Below are positions 17,793 through 26,134 of a DNA stretch of 64,000 bases, one piece after another. Below the pieces are notes generated by a model. That model searched no databases. It saw only the letters and a program-made list of their open reading frames with translations, and was not told the origin of the DNA. Each line of letters opens with the position of its first letter. Position 1 is the first letter of the stretch. Position numbers and translations under genes: made by a program. The DNA is from a virus, in IMG/VR virus record IMGVR_UViG_3300020057_001232, positions 32,001 through 96,000 of that record. The stretch is one strand, 5' to 3'.

Positions 17793-19688
17793 ATGCGTTT
17801 CTTCGAATCCAGCCTTGAGCGAATCGCCCGGATCATTACCCAACAGTACGGGGTTCAAATCCTGTTTGAGGGTTCGCAGGCGTATACGAACGGCAAGAAG
17901 ATCGTTTTGCCTGCCCTTCCTAAGGAAGGTGTTGACGCTGAGTTCGCCTCTGACATCCAAGGCTACCTCGATCACGAAGCTGCCCATTGCATCTTCAGTG
18001 ACTTCACGGTCATGCACAAAATCAAGTCGCAGTATCACCACTACCTCTCCAACCACTGCGAAGACGCCCGCATCGAAGTCCTCATGGTGAAGAAGTATTC
18101 CGGTTGCTCTTTGCACCTCGATCCCCTCAACGACAAGTGGAACAAAATCACTATCGCTAAGTGGGATACCTTAGACCGTCTAACCCGTGCCGCTCTCACC
18201 GTCCGTGCGATCATGGAAGGTCACTCGCCTACCATCGACGCCGACCTCTTGCCGCTTTTCACTTCCAAAGTCATGGTGCTCTCGAAGCTCTTGCGTAAGG
18301 CTGCCACTACGCTTCAAGTCATTAAGATCTGCGGTGCCATCATCAAAGAGTTCGACTCGCAAGTTGGTGAGCAAGAGAAGCAAAAGCAGGAAAAGAAAGA
18401 AGAGAAAAAGAAGCAAAAGCAGAAGCAAGAAGAAGGCAAAGGCGAAAAAAGCGAAAGCGGTAAAGGCAAATCCGAAGATCAAGACGGCAAAGCCGGTGAA
18501 GGTCAAGGCGAGAAAGACGACGGCGAAGGTAAAGACGACGACAAAAAAGACGGCGAAGCCGGTGGCGAAGGTAAACCTGAAGGTGAGTCGAAGGACGGCA
18601 AGGGTGAACAAGGCAAAGCTAGCGGAGTGTCTGCCGCAGAAGAGAAAGAGCTTCTCAACGAGTCCCCCGCACCTGCCAACAATGGTCAAGTGCAGTCCCG
18701 TGAAATGAATAAGTTCGAACCGTCGTCGGAAGCTACCGATATCCATTCGTTCATGGACAAAGAGATCAAAGAAAAAATCGAGGAGCAGAAACCAGCCGCT
18801 ACTCGTAGCTACGATTTTGAAAACGTGGCGCACGTACCAGCGTCTACGGCAGAAGATGTTTTGTACGACCGCACCAAAGACGGTCCAAAAGTTCGCCCAG
18901 AGTACCAAGCTCTTAAGCGTGAAATTAACAGCTCGATTACCAAAACCGTAATTGAGCTAGAGCGCATGTTGAAGGTCAAAGAGAACGCACGGACTGTGTT
19001 CGATCAAGAACGTGGGGCTTTAAATCGTGCTCGTCTCCATTCGCTTATTACTGACCCCAACTTCAGAAGACCGTTCACAGCGAAGACACGAGTCGAAACG
19101 ACCAACGTCTCCATCATGTTCCTTTGCGACGTTTCCGGCTCTATGCGTGAGGGGGATAAAATGGAAAGGTTGCGTGAGACCGTTGCCATTCTCGGCGAGT
19201 CCCTTAAGCAGCTCCGCATTGAATTTGAAGTCATCGGCTTCACCACCGGCACGACAACGAAGTTCCCGAGCTACGACGCTCGCTTAACTCGCCACGAGAG
19301 TCTTCAGCACTATCTCTACAAGTCGTTCGAGAGCGAAGATATGGCTCCGATCATCAACATGACGCCGATGGGTTGTAACTGCGACGGTGAAAGCCTGCGT
19401 TTCGCTGCCCGCCGTCTCTCGGAACGTCGGACTAAGCGTAAGATCATGTTTGTGCTCTCGGACGGGTTCCCTAATCCGTCATGCGGCGGTACCCGCATCA
19501 GAGCCGTTTGGAATGCCGACTTGAAAAAAGCCGTCGCTGAAGTCTCGAAGTTCGGAATAGAAGTGGTGGGCTTCGGCATCCTCACAGACGCCGTAAAGAA
19601 CTTTTACAAAGACTACGTGGTCATCCAAGATGTAACTTCGCTGCTTACCGCAGTGCGGACTAAACTTCGCAAAATCCTCACCGCCTAG
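17793..19688 (+). CDS. CobT-like protein: N-terminal metallopeptidase-like HExxH, acidic linker, C-terminal vWA
   Basis: GYLDHEAAH, EDARIE, MIDAS DVSGSM, LSDGFP. Confidence 0.88.
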   Translation: MRFFESSLERIARIITQQYGVQILFEGSQAYTNGKKIVLPALPKEGVDAEFASDIQGYLDHEAAHCIFSDFTVMHKIKSQYHHYLSNHCEDARIEVLMVKKYSGCSLHLDPLNDKWNKITIAKWDTLDRLTRAALTVRAIMEGHSPTIDADLLPLFTSKVMVLSKLLRKAATTLQVIKICGAIIKEFDSQVGEQEKQKQEKKEEKKKQKQKQEEGKGEKSESGKGKSEDQDGKAGEGQGEKDDGEGKDDDKKDGEAGGEGKPEGESKDGKGEQGKASGVSAAEEKELLNESPAPANNGQVQSREMNKFEPSSEATDIHSFMDKEIKEKIEEQKPAATRSYDFENVAHVPASTAEDVLYDRTKDGPKVRPEYQALKREINSSITKTVIELERMLKVKENARTVFDQERGALNRARLHSLITDPNFRRPFTAKTRVETTNVSIMFLCDVSGSMREGDKMERLRETVAILGESLKQLRIEFEVIGFTTGTTTKFPSYDARLTRHESLQHYLYKSFESEDMAPIINMTPMGCNCDGESLRFAARRLSERRTKRKIMFVLSDGFPNPSCGGTRIRAVWNADLKKAVAEVSKFGIEVVGFGILTDAVKNFYKDYVVIQDVTSLLTAVRTKLRKILTA

Positions 19689-19692
19689 GAGC

Positions 19693-19959
19693 TTGCGAAT
19701 GCGCCGATACCAAATTCAAATCGAGATCCACGATGAAAATGGGGATCTCGTCCGCATCGAGTATTCCAACTACTCGTCGAGCGACATTCTAACCGAGGAA
19801 GAAATCCTATCGCTGCACATTCCGATGGTCAAAGAAACCGTCGAGGTGCCAAAAAATGGTTACTTCCAGCTTGCGTTCGTCGAAGTCAAAGAAGTCTTCC
19901 GTGTTTACAAAGTTGGCAGAGATGGCTTTGAGGTTCATCCGGCTGAGGAATTTTCTTGA
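19693..19959 (+). CDS. hypothetical protein
   Basis: ORF directly after the CobT-like gene with AGGAG RBS. Confidence 0.55.
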   Translation: MRMRRYQIQIEIHDENGDLVRIEYSNYSSSDILTEEEILSLHIPMVKETVEVPKNGYFQLAFVEVKEVFRVYKVGRDGFEVHPAEEFS

Positions 19960-20281
19960 GCTTGCCTGCTTGCTTCGGCTTCATCGTACCGTGTCCGTCG
20001 ATCTCAGCCCAATCTCCGGTCTCATCGTTCACGACGAAGCCAGGGATTCTCATTTGTTCCATGTCATGCCAAATATGAGCACTATCTCGAAACGGCAGCT
20101 CTAGCTCGTTACGATTACGTTTGCCGTTGACCCTCGTCGATGACATAGGGACAAACTCAATATGTCCTAGAAAGTGCGTGTAGACGATCCCCATGTCGGC
20201 TACCATGTTGTAGTCACCCATTCCCCGCCAACGAATTTCCAGACGGGGCAAAGGAAGTCCGAGGTTCTCTTTCACGGTCAA
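19886..20281 (-). CDS. hypothetical protein
   Basis: ORF only. Confidence 0.45.
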   Translation of the reverse strand: MTVKENLGLPLPRLEIRWRGMGDYNMVADMGIVYTHFLGHIEFVPMSSTRVNGKRNRNELELPFRDSAHIWHDMEQMRIPGFVVNDETGDWAEIDGHGTMKPKQAGKLKKIPQPDEPQSHLCQLCKHGRLL

Positions 20282-20442
20282 TGTGCGGAGGTGACGCCAC
20301 CTCTATTCGTCTCTGTAAGCGGCGTTTTCTTTTTCCGCTGCGAGTCGTGCGACTTCGTTTTCTAGCTCGTTGATTTTGTCGTTGAGCCGCTCTGTAACGG
20401 ATGCCATAAGCACCTCCTTTTGTTGGAGGTACAAAGCTACCA

Positions 20443-21189
20443 TCAACCACCAGTGCGGTCAAAGACTGGATAGTTGCCGATGTCGTCGCCGAAGAAAGCT
20501 TGCGGCTGCGACGGGGTTTGACTAAGCCGTCCCTCTTTATCTTCTATGCACGTCTTAACGGAAGCGTAAACATCCCGCCAAGTCGCCACAGGCGTAGCTA
20601 AGGTCTCCACCAAACACGTATCCCAATAGGTGTAGACTTCTTCCGAGCCGCACCCAAAGGATGTTCTGTCTTTCGAGGCAGCAGTCAAAATTATTCTGTT
20701 TGGTTTACGCATGAGCGGTTCAGAGAAAATTCCCGAGTAGCAAGCTGAAATAAGAACGACGGTGGGTCTAGTGCCGCACGTTGCGTCAAGAATGGATGCA
20801 TAGGTCGAAGGGTTCAAACCCGTCTGACCTCTGATGTAGAACTCGCTGCGAGAGCCGTGGGAAGTAATGAAAGCAAAACAGGCGTCCCACGCTCCTAAGT
20901 TGAGATCGGTGAATGCCTGCCTGAAGTTTGCGACAGAGGTTGCCCGCACACCGTTGGTCTGTTGGCTGCTCGACCTCGAAAGCTGCAAGACGTTTTCAGG
21001 TGCAAGACCATCTGCACCCAACAACTCGGCGACTTTCTTTCTTGCATTGTCGAAAGCATTAATGGAGTCGTCGCCTGTCATAAGGACGGCTTTCCAGTTA
21101 AAAAAGCCTCGACTCTCTTGTAAATTGCTAGGATCTGATTGTGCTCCACAGCCTGTCAAAAATAGTAACGCAACGAGCACAACTTTCAT
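20443..21189 (-). CDS. C13 (legumain-like, caspase-hemoglobinase fold) peptidase lipoprotein
   Basis: Lipobox LTGC; ITSHGS, ISACYSG, TAASKDRTSFGC. Confidence 0.85.
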   Translation of the reverse strand: MKVVLVALLFLTGCGAQSDPSNLQESRGFFNWKAVLMTGDDSINAFDNARKKVAELLGADGLAPENVLQLSRSSSQQTNGVRATSVANFRQAFTDLNLGAWDACFAFITSHGSRSEFYIRGQTGLNPSTYASILDATCGTRPTVVLISACYSGIFSEPLMRKPNRIILTAASKDRTSFGCGSEEVYTYWDTCLVETLATPVATWRDVYASVKTCIEDKEGRLSQTPSQPQAFFGDDIGNYPVFDRTGG

Positions 21190-21191
21190 AA

Positions 21192-21878
21192 CTACTCCCT
21201 ATAAGGGTTCTGTGGGCAGATAGTGATAAGAAGATCTGAACTAAGGATACCATGTTCTTTGTTGCCGACGAAGTAACAGGGGACATCTAGTTTAAAACCC
21301 TTACCAGTGAACATAAGAACTAGACGGTTGATAAATGCGAAGAGTGTGTAGCGCCATCCAGGTATAATATTCTTAAGCAGAGACGGCTCGATGATGGTGA
21401 TGCCGCATTCTTTATAGACCTGCATCGTGGACTCGGTGCAGTAGAGCCGACTAGGGTCTGAGTAGTTGAAGTCGTAGTCTTCATCCAACTCTAAATACTC
21501 TTCGATTTTGTTATGGAGCTTTGTTTCGATCTCAGGCGTGAGATCTTTGTAGCGGAGAACCATGAACTTTTCGTACTGACAAAAGTCTAACCAGTCGATC
21601 ATACGATAAAGAAGCGAACCACGATCATTGATTTCAAAGACGAAGATCTCGTCGCCTTTCATGATTACCATGGCGGCGTGTGAGTATTCACTTTTGCTAA
21701 GTCTAGATACAATCGTACTGAACGGGATGCCGAAGGGACCGTCTGTGTAGCTCTCCCGGACGAGGATGTCCCCTGACTTAAGTCCTAGTTCTTTTAGAAA
21801 GGAAACGATCTTTTTTCTGTTTTTTACTTCCCAAGTTCTTACGGCACTCATATAGCGAAACCCTCGTTTGTTTCTCAT
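21192..21878 (-). CDS. permuted papain-like amidase (YiiX/YaeF, C92)
   Basis: LKSGDIL, YSHAAM, YDFNY...LYCTE. Confidence 0.85.
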   Translation of the reverse strand: MRNKRGFRYMSAVRTWEVKNRKKIVSFLKELGLKSGDILVRESYTDGPFGIPFSTIVSRLSKSEYSHAAMVIMKGDEIFVFEINDRGSLLYRMIDWLDFCQYEKFMVLRYKDLTPEIETKLHNKIEEYLELDEDYDFNYSDPSRLYCTESTMQVYKECGITIIEPSLLKNIIPGWRYTLFAFINRLVLMFTGKGFKLDVPCYFVGNKEHGILSSDLLITICPQNPYRE

Positions 21879-22119
21879 TGAAACTAAAGCGAGGGTTTTT
21901 GCAGGGAGTGGGACTAAATCACCGCTGCGGCTTTAACGAGCTGGCTAAGAAGCTTGCCGTCTTCGGTCTTCATAAACCCACCTCCCCAACTGGCGGAATG
22001 ACCGACGCAGATAATGCGGTAGGTCTTTCGATTGCCGTTCCAATCACTTACAGGAGTTTTTTCCGCTGAGGAAGACAATTCGGCTTGACGTAGGCTTCTT
22101 TTTTTGGTCTCATAGACGT

Positions 22120-22255
22120 GAGGTGGTCCCCTCAGCTTACGTTTACAAGCAAAAGTAGCTCACTTGGTAGAGCAAGACTCGTTCAAAGTTTAGGTAATCG
22201 GTTCAACTCCGATCTATTGCAACAATATAAAACGTAGACAACTTGGACCACCTAC
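22120..22255 (+). ncRNA. structured ncRNA: tRNA-like cloverleaf inside a long closing stem (Y-RNA-like)
   Basis: Cloverleaf 22149-22221 (D arm GCTC-ACTTGGTA-GAGC, T arm ATCGG-TTCAACT-CCGAT). AGGTGGTCC (22121-29) pairs with GGACCACCT (22245-53), and TACGTTT (22138-44) with AAACGTA (22230-36). TTGACG upstream, terminator downstream. Confidence 0.75.
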
Positions 22256-22261
22256 TCTCAT

Positions 22262-22287
22262 AACCCGCACGAGCGGGTTTTTCTTTT
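22262..22287 (+). terminator. intrinsic terminator after the ncRNA
   Basis: AACCCGC-ACGA-GCGGGTT plus TTTCTTTT. Confidence 0.75.
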
Positions 22288-22296
22288 GGTGAAAGC

Positions 22297-23157
22297 ATGT
22301 TGAATTTTACAGCACTAGCCAAACCCGTAAGAGTCGTTGTCCCGATTCTCAACCGCTCTTTTACTTACAACAAGAAGCTTTACAAAATAGGTGTAGACGA
22401 TGGCTGGTGGCAGGTGGAGCTTCAAGGCAATAAAGCGACGGCTATTGAAACACATCTATGGACCGACCCCCCTCGGAATGCTTTACGGGGGGTTAGTTAC
22501 GGCACGAGAGTTGTTTTTTCACATTTTGAAGTGGCTCGCCGCAAATATTCGCTGGACGTTATAGCCCCTCTTGAATTTCCTAATGTTGAAACTTTCGCAA
22601 GTATTTTCGTCATGGTGTGGGAAGATAACCGCACCTACTACGTGATGCCTTGCTACGCAGACTTCAAGACGGTCTACATCAAAGATCTCCTTGACGACAA
22701 TTTAACCCTTGAAAACGTGAAAGAGATAACTCCCGAGCTGCGGACAGTGTTTCTTTTTCATGCACTTGAACGCATCGAGATTCGCAAAAAGCTCGAAGAG
22801 CTTGAGAAGATCAAACATGAAGAGGAAATGAAACAGACCGTAGAAGGTCGCCTTCGGTTTGCCTTTGATCGCTCTGGAGCTACGATCACTGAGTATCACG
22901 TAGGCAATGGTCGCATTGAGGTGACATGGAGCGTTCCGGGAGCAGGCAGTTTCAACTCTGTCCTCGATGACAAAACCTTTATGGTCCTCGAAGCGGGCTA
23001 CTGTATGTCAGGAGATGACCGTCGTCACAACGTCACAAGTATGGTAAAGACGGCGGAAGACTACCACGCACGCCGTCTCGTCCATAGAACTCGTGGTCGC
23101 ACGTTCGACCGCACCTTAGACCCTCACGAGGAACGTGATTATGACTACGACGATTAA
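22297..23157 (+). CDS. hypothetical protein, candidate E2-like/Cys-carrier component
   Basis: C-terminal domain with EAGYCMSGDDRRHNVTSMV; first gene of an operon with JAB and E1. Confidence 0.5.
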   Translation: MLNFTALAKPVRVVVPILNRSFTYNKKLYKIGVDDGWWQVELQGNKATAIETHLWTDPPRNALRGVSYGTRVVFSHFEVARRKYSLDVIAPLEFPNVETFASIFVMVWEDNRTYYVMPCYADFKTVYIKDLLDDNLTLENVKEITPELRTVFLFHALERIEIRKKLEELEKIKHEEEMKQTVEGRLRFAFDRSGATITEYHVGNGRIEVTWSVPGAGSFNSVLDDKTFMVLEAGYCMSGDDRRHNVTSMVKTAEDYHARRLVHRTRGRTFDRTLDPHEERDYDYDD

Positions 23158-23632
23158 TGATATGCCGACTTTTCACCGAGAGAGCAGCCTCGTCACGTAC
23201 TCTTCTCTGCCGCAAATTCTGCGGAAGAAGGTGTCGCTAAGCTTAGGCACGCCGGGAACCGTAGAGTTCGACTTCTTAGAAGTGTGGGAGTTCTTCAAAA
23301 AAGTGAAGACGCACGACGACTACGAGTTCTCCAATTGGCAGTTTTTCCACGTCCACCCTCCCGGACTTAACTGTGCGTCGGGGCTTGATATCGAATGTGC
23401 TAAGGGTCTAGCTTTAGCTTTCGGTCACCCGCTCTACTTCAGCATTGTGACCTTTGGAGCCAACGCCGAAGAACGCACGGTAACAAGCTTCGTCGCTTCG
23501 CCAAGCGGGCTAGAGCAGCTCTCTCCTACGAGTAACATCAATTACTTGAAGGCTTCTTATTTAAGCAAGTCAGAAGCCGAAGATCTATATTGGATGAGTT
23601 ACACAAGCGGGGAAGATTTGTGTCAGAAATAA
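23141..23632 (+). CDS. JAB/JAMM (MPN+) metallopeptidase
   Basis: FFHVHPPGLNCASGLD matches HxH-x7-S-x2-D. Confidence 0.8.
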   Translation: MTTTINDMPTFHRESSLVTYSSLPQILRKKVSLSLGTPGTVEFDFLEVWEFFKKVKTHDDYEFSNWQFFHVHPPGLNCASGLDIECAKGLALAFGHPLYFSIVTFGANAEERTVTSFVASPSGLEQLSPTSNINYLKASYLSKSEAEDLYWMSYTSGEDLCQK

Positions 23633-24207
23633 ACAAAGTTACAGTGCTTGGTCTAGGAGCAATCGGTAGCAATCTTCTTCTACAGTTAGCTAAAACACTT
23701 CCAGATTTGCAGTATGTCGGCATCGACTACGACAAAGTGGAAGTGCGTAACATTGGTCCGCAAGCTTACATGACGGAACACGTAAATGCACCTAAGGCAA
23801 AAGCTTTAGCAGCAGTTATTGCAAGATATGCAAGACGTGCTCGCTACCAAGCTGTAGATAAGAAACTTACTGAAGTCTACAAGCCGGAACCGAACGAACT
23901 CGTCCTTGATTGCTTTGACAACACAGCTTCTAGAAAGCTGACAACCGTCGAAGGTCATGTGCTCCATGTCGGCTTTTCCCCTTTCTATTCGGCGGAAGCT
24001 ATATGGTCGCCGCACTTTGAGCCAGCGGGGGATGTTCCCGCTGATGCTCCCGACATCTGTACGATGGCTGGTGCTACACCCTTCATCCACTTCGTTGTAA
24101 ACGCGGCAGCTTTACTTGTCGTAAATTTTGTCTTGAACGGAATCAAGAGAGACCTTATAGTGATCGGATCAATCCAAAACGGTTTTAACTTGAGGTATCT
24201 ATCTTGA
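23620..24207 (+). CDS. ThiF/E1-like adenylyltransferase
   Basis: VLGLGAIGS, IDYDKVEVRNIGPQ, KAKAL, LDCFDN; candidate thioester Cys in PDICT. Confidence 0.88.
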   Translation: MSEINKVTVLGLGAIGSNLLLQLAKTLPDLQYVGIDYDKVEVRNIGPQAYMTEHVNAPKAKALAAVIARYARRARYQAVDKKLTEVYKPEPNELVLDCFDNTASRKLTTVEGHVLHVGFSPFYSAEAIWSPHFEPAGDVPADAPDICTMAGATPFIHFVVNAAALLVVNFVLNGIKRDLIVIGSIQNGFNLRYLS

Positions 24208-24608
24208 CGACATATTGGTCGGATGTTGACAGGTTCAACGAAATTTACAAGCTACCTAGACCTGTCAAACCGACTAATCCAGCGAACGACCGTTTGGACT
24301 TCTTTAAGCAAATTCTTTTAGAAGAAGTCGAAGAAGTTGAAGCGATCAAGGCTAAAACCGATCCTCTTGAGCGGTTGACAGATCTTGGCGATTGGCTTGC
24401 GGACATCATCGTCTACTGCTCAACGGAGGCTCGCCGCCATGGTCTCCCCATTGAAAAGATCCTCGATGTAATAATGCAGTCGAATTTTTCCAAGCTCGGT
24501 GCAGATGGGAAAACGATCTACGACGAGCGAGGTAAGGTTCTCAAGGGACCTAACTACTGGAAACCAGAACCGTCTATCCAAAAACTTATAGAGAAGGAGT
24601 TGGCATGA
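24204..24608 (+). CDS. MazG-like NTP pyrophosphohydrolase
   Basis: EEVEE, DWLADIIVY, SNFSKLG.DGK.IY.E.GKVLKGPNY. Confidence 0.85.
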   Translation: MTTYWSDVDRFNEIYKLPRPVKPTNPANDRLDFFKQILLEEVEEVEAIKAKTDPLERLTDLGDWLADIIVYCSTEARRHGLPIEKILDVIMQSNFSKLGADGKTIYDERGKVLKGPNYWKPEPSIQKLIEKELA

Positions 24609-24964
24609 AGTTCAAGTTGATTTTAGCATTTATGGTTCTTGTGGTCGGCGTTGGCGTCTGTGGATACTTCTACAGCTACGTCTTTGCCCGCACCGTCGTC
24701 GGTGAGATCGTAGACGTAAAACATGCAGGTGCCACAGGCTTTGCGGTGAATCGTGAAATCGCTTTTTCCATGGCAGTAGCCGTTAAAGACGGAACATCCG
24801 GCGAGATCGTTACCGCAAGCACGGAAGACCGCCAATGGGCGGTTGCTAAAGCAGGCATGTGCGCTGAAGCTAAATTCTTCCCGTATCCGCCGTGGGATCT
24901 TGAGAAGTCTGGAACGTATTATAATGCTCGACTGGTAAAGTTGAGTGAGTGTCCGGCGAAGTGA
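24605..24964 (+). CDS. membrane-anchored hypothetical protein
   Basis: N-terminal TM helix; DRQWAV...YPPW...GTYYNARL. Confidence 0.6.
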   Translation: MKFKLILAFMVLVVGVGVCGYFYSYVFARTVVGEIVDVKHAGATGFAVNREIAFSMAVAVKDGTSGEIVTASTEDRQWAVAKAGMCAEAKFFPYPPWDLEKSGTYYNARLVKLSECPAK

Positions 24965-25967
24965 CCGCAGCGGCAACGTCAGGACTTTGCCACTTCTTGA
25001 CGCTGCCTTTGACCCAAACAAGTCGCAGCTCTTTTCGCCCCTCGCCACAATACCGCCAACCTAAATGGGCAGCGGAAGACCAACTATCGTCTTGATAGTT
25101 TTTGTCTTTTAGCCAGTTGTAACCGATGAGCATGATCTTAGCTTGGCTGAGGTCTTTGTCTGCTCGTAGGATTTCCTTGCCGCTAGCAGATTTCAATCGA
25201 ACTTCGTTTACGAACTCTCTGATATCAGGTTTGCCGCTGTGGAGATAAGCGACGGTGTTGAGCATGATAGGTACGTGGTAGACGTAGAAGTCTTGTCCTA
25301 CGATTGTCTTCTCTTCGGGGTGGTCAACCAAGAACTCCATCTTCTTGTAGCCTTTGCCTTTGAAGGCGTCCGACAAACGGATCTCTTTGTCTTTAGGCAC
25401 CGTTTTAAACGTGTAACAGCGGTTGTAGTTTTTGTCGATCCAAGCAAAGAAGATTACGCTGTCGTCGGGTGTGGCGTTAGGGTAGCCGCCTTTGACACGG
25501 TGATGAGCAGGGATCTTGTTGAAAGGTCCGATGTAATACCAAAAGCTGTTTAACTCGTCTCCGTCATCGTCTTTGATGTAGGAAGGCAATTGCACGAAGC
25601 CGCTCGCGAACTCCGGCATGTCGGCAAAGCGTAGCTTGTCGAGGCACACCTTCTTGAACTTCTCAAAGAAGCGGTCTTCGAAGAGGTGAACTTTTTCGTC
25701 GCCGTAAGCATCGTAGCAACAAAGCACGTTGGCGAAGAAAATGCCTACGTCAGTGAAGAAAAGTTTCCCAAACAACATCTCGATCATCATGACGAGCTGC
25801 GGTCTCTTCTCTTCCACCTCGTACTTGCCCGTTCTTACGTGATCTACAAGCTTCTTCGTCAAGTAGTTGACACACCCTTTTGACGGGACCAGATCCCGCA
25901 TTAGCGATTTCCAGTCAGGCTCCCGCTGCTCTTTCAAGATCTCAGGCAAAAACTTAGTAACCCGCAA
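24870..25967 (-). CDS. hypothetical phage protein
   Basis: 365-aa ORF with GGAGG RBS; C-terminal H..WR..G.G....LVWV motif resembling that of 14048..14878. Confidence 0.6.
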   Translation of the reverse strand: MRVTKFLPEILKEQREPDWKSLMRDLVPSKGCVNYLTKKLVDHVRTGKYEVEEKRPQLVMMIEMLFGKLFFTDVGIFFANVLCCYDAYGDEKVHLFEDRFFEKFKKVCLDKLRFADMPEFASGFVQLPSYIKDDDGDELNSFWYYIGPFNKIPAHHRVKGGYPNATPDDSVIFFAWIDKNYNRCYTFKTVPKDKEIRLSDAFKGKGYKKMEFLVDHPEEKTIVGQDFYVYHVPIMLNTVAYLHSGKPDIREFVNEVRLKSASGKEILRADKDLSQAKIMLIGYNWLKDKNYQDDSWSSAAHLGWRYCGEGRKELRLVWVKGSVKKWQSPDVAAAVTSPDTHSTLPVEHYNTFQTSQDPTADTGRI

Positions 25968-26045
25968 GACGTAACCTCCAAAGCTTGTTGGCTTCTTCTA
26001 ACATACCTAGCCTGCCTAAGCCCTTAAAAAATAACACCTCTTATA

Positions 26046-26097
26046 AATCAGGTGGTTAAGTTATTTACTCTAAAGCTTACAATAAAGATGCCGATAC
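26046..26097 (+). promoter_or_regulatory. IHF-like site plus sigma-28-type promoter
   Basis: AATCAGGTGGTTA (26046-58), then TAAAGCTT-N11-GCCGATAC (26071-97). Confidence 0.65.
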
Positions 26098-26134
26098 AAT
26101 AATAGGCATTTACAATATTATTAAAGGGGTTCTT

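Noticed and set aside
16577-19688. Cobalamin biosynthesis (cobS/cobT)
   Set aside because: No cobN or other pathway genes in the window; such pairs are common phage MoxR-vWA modules
22149-22221. Canonical tRNA-Glu(TTC)
   Set aside because: G33, acceptor mismatch, no CCA and paired flanks; reported instead as a tRNA-like domain of a larger ncRNA, though a functional tRNA is not fully excluded
23620-24207. Thiamine or molybdopterin biosynthesis ThiF/MoeB
   Set aside because: No thiS/thiG/moaD/moaE neighbours; context is JAB plus an unknown Cys protein
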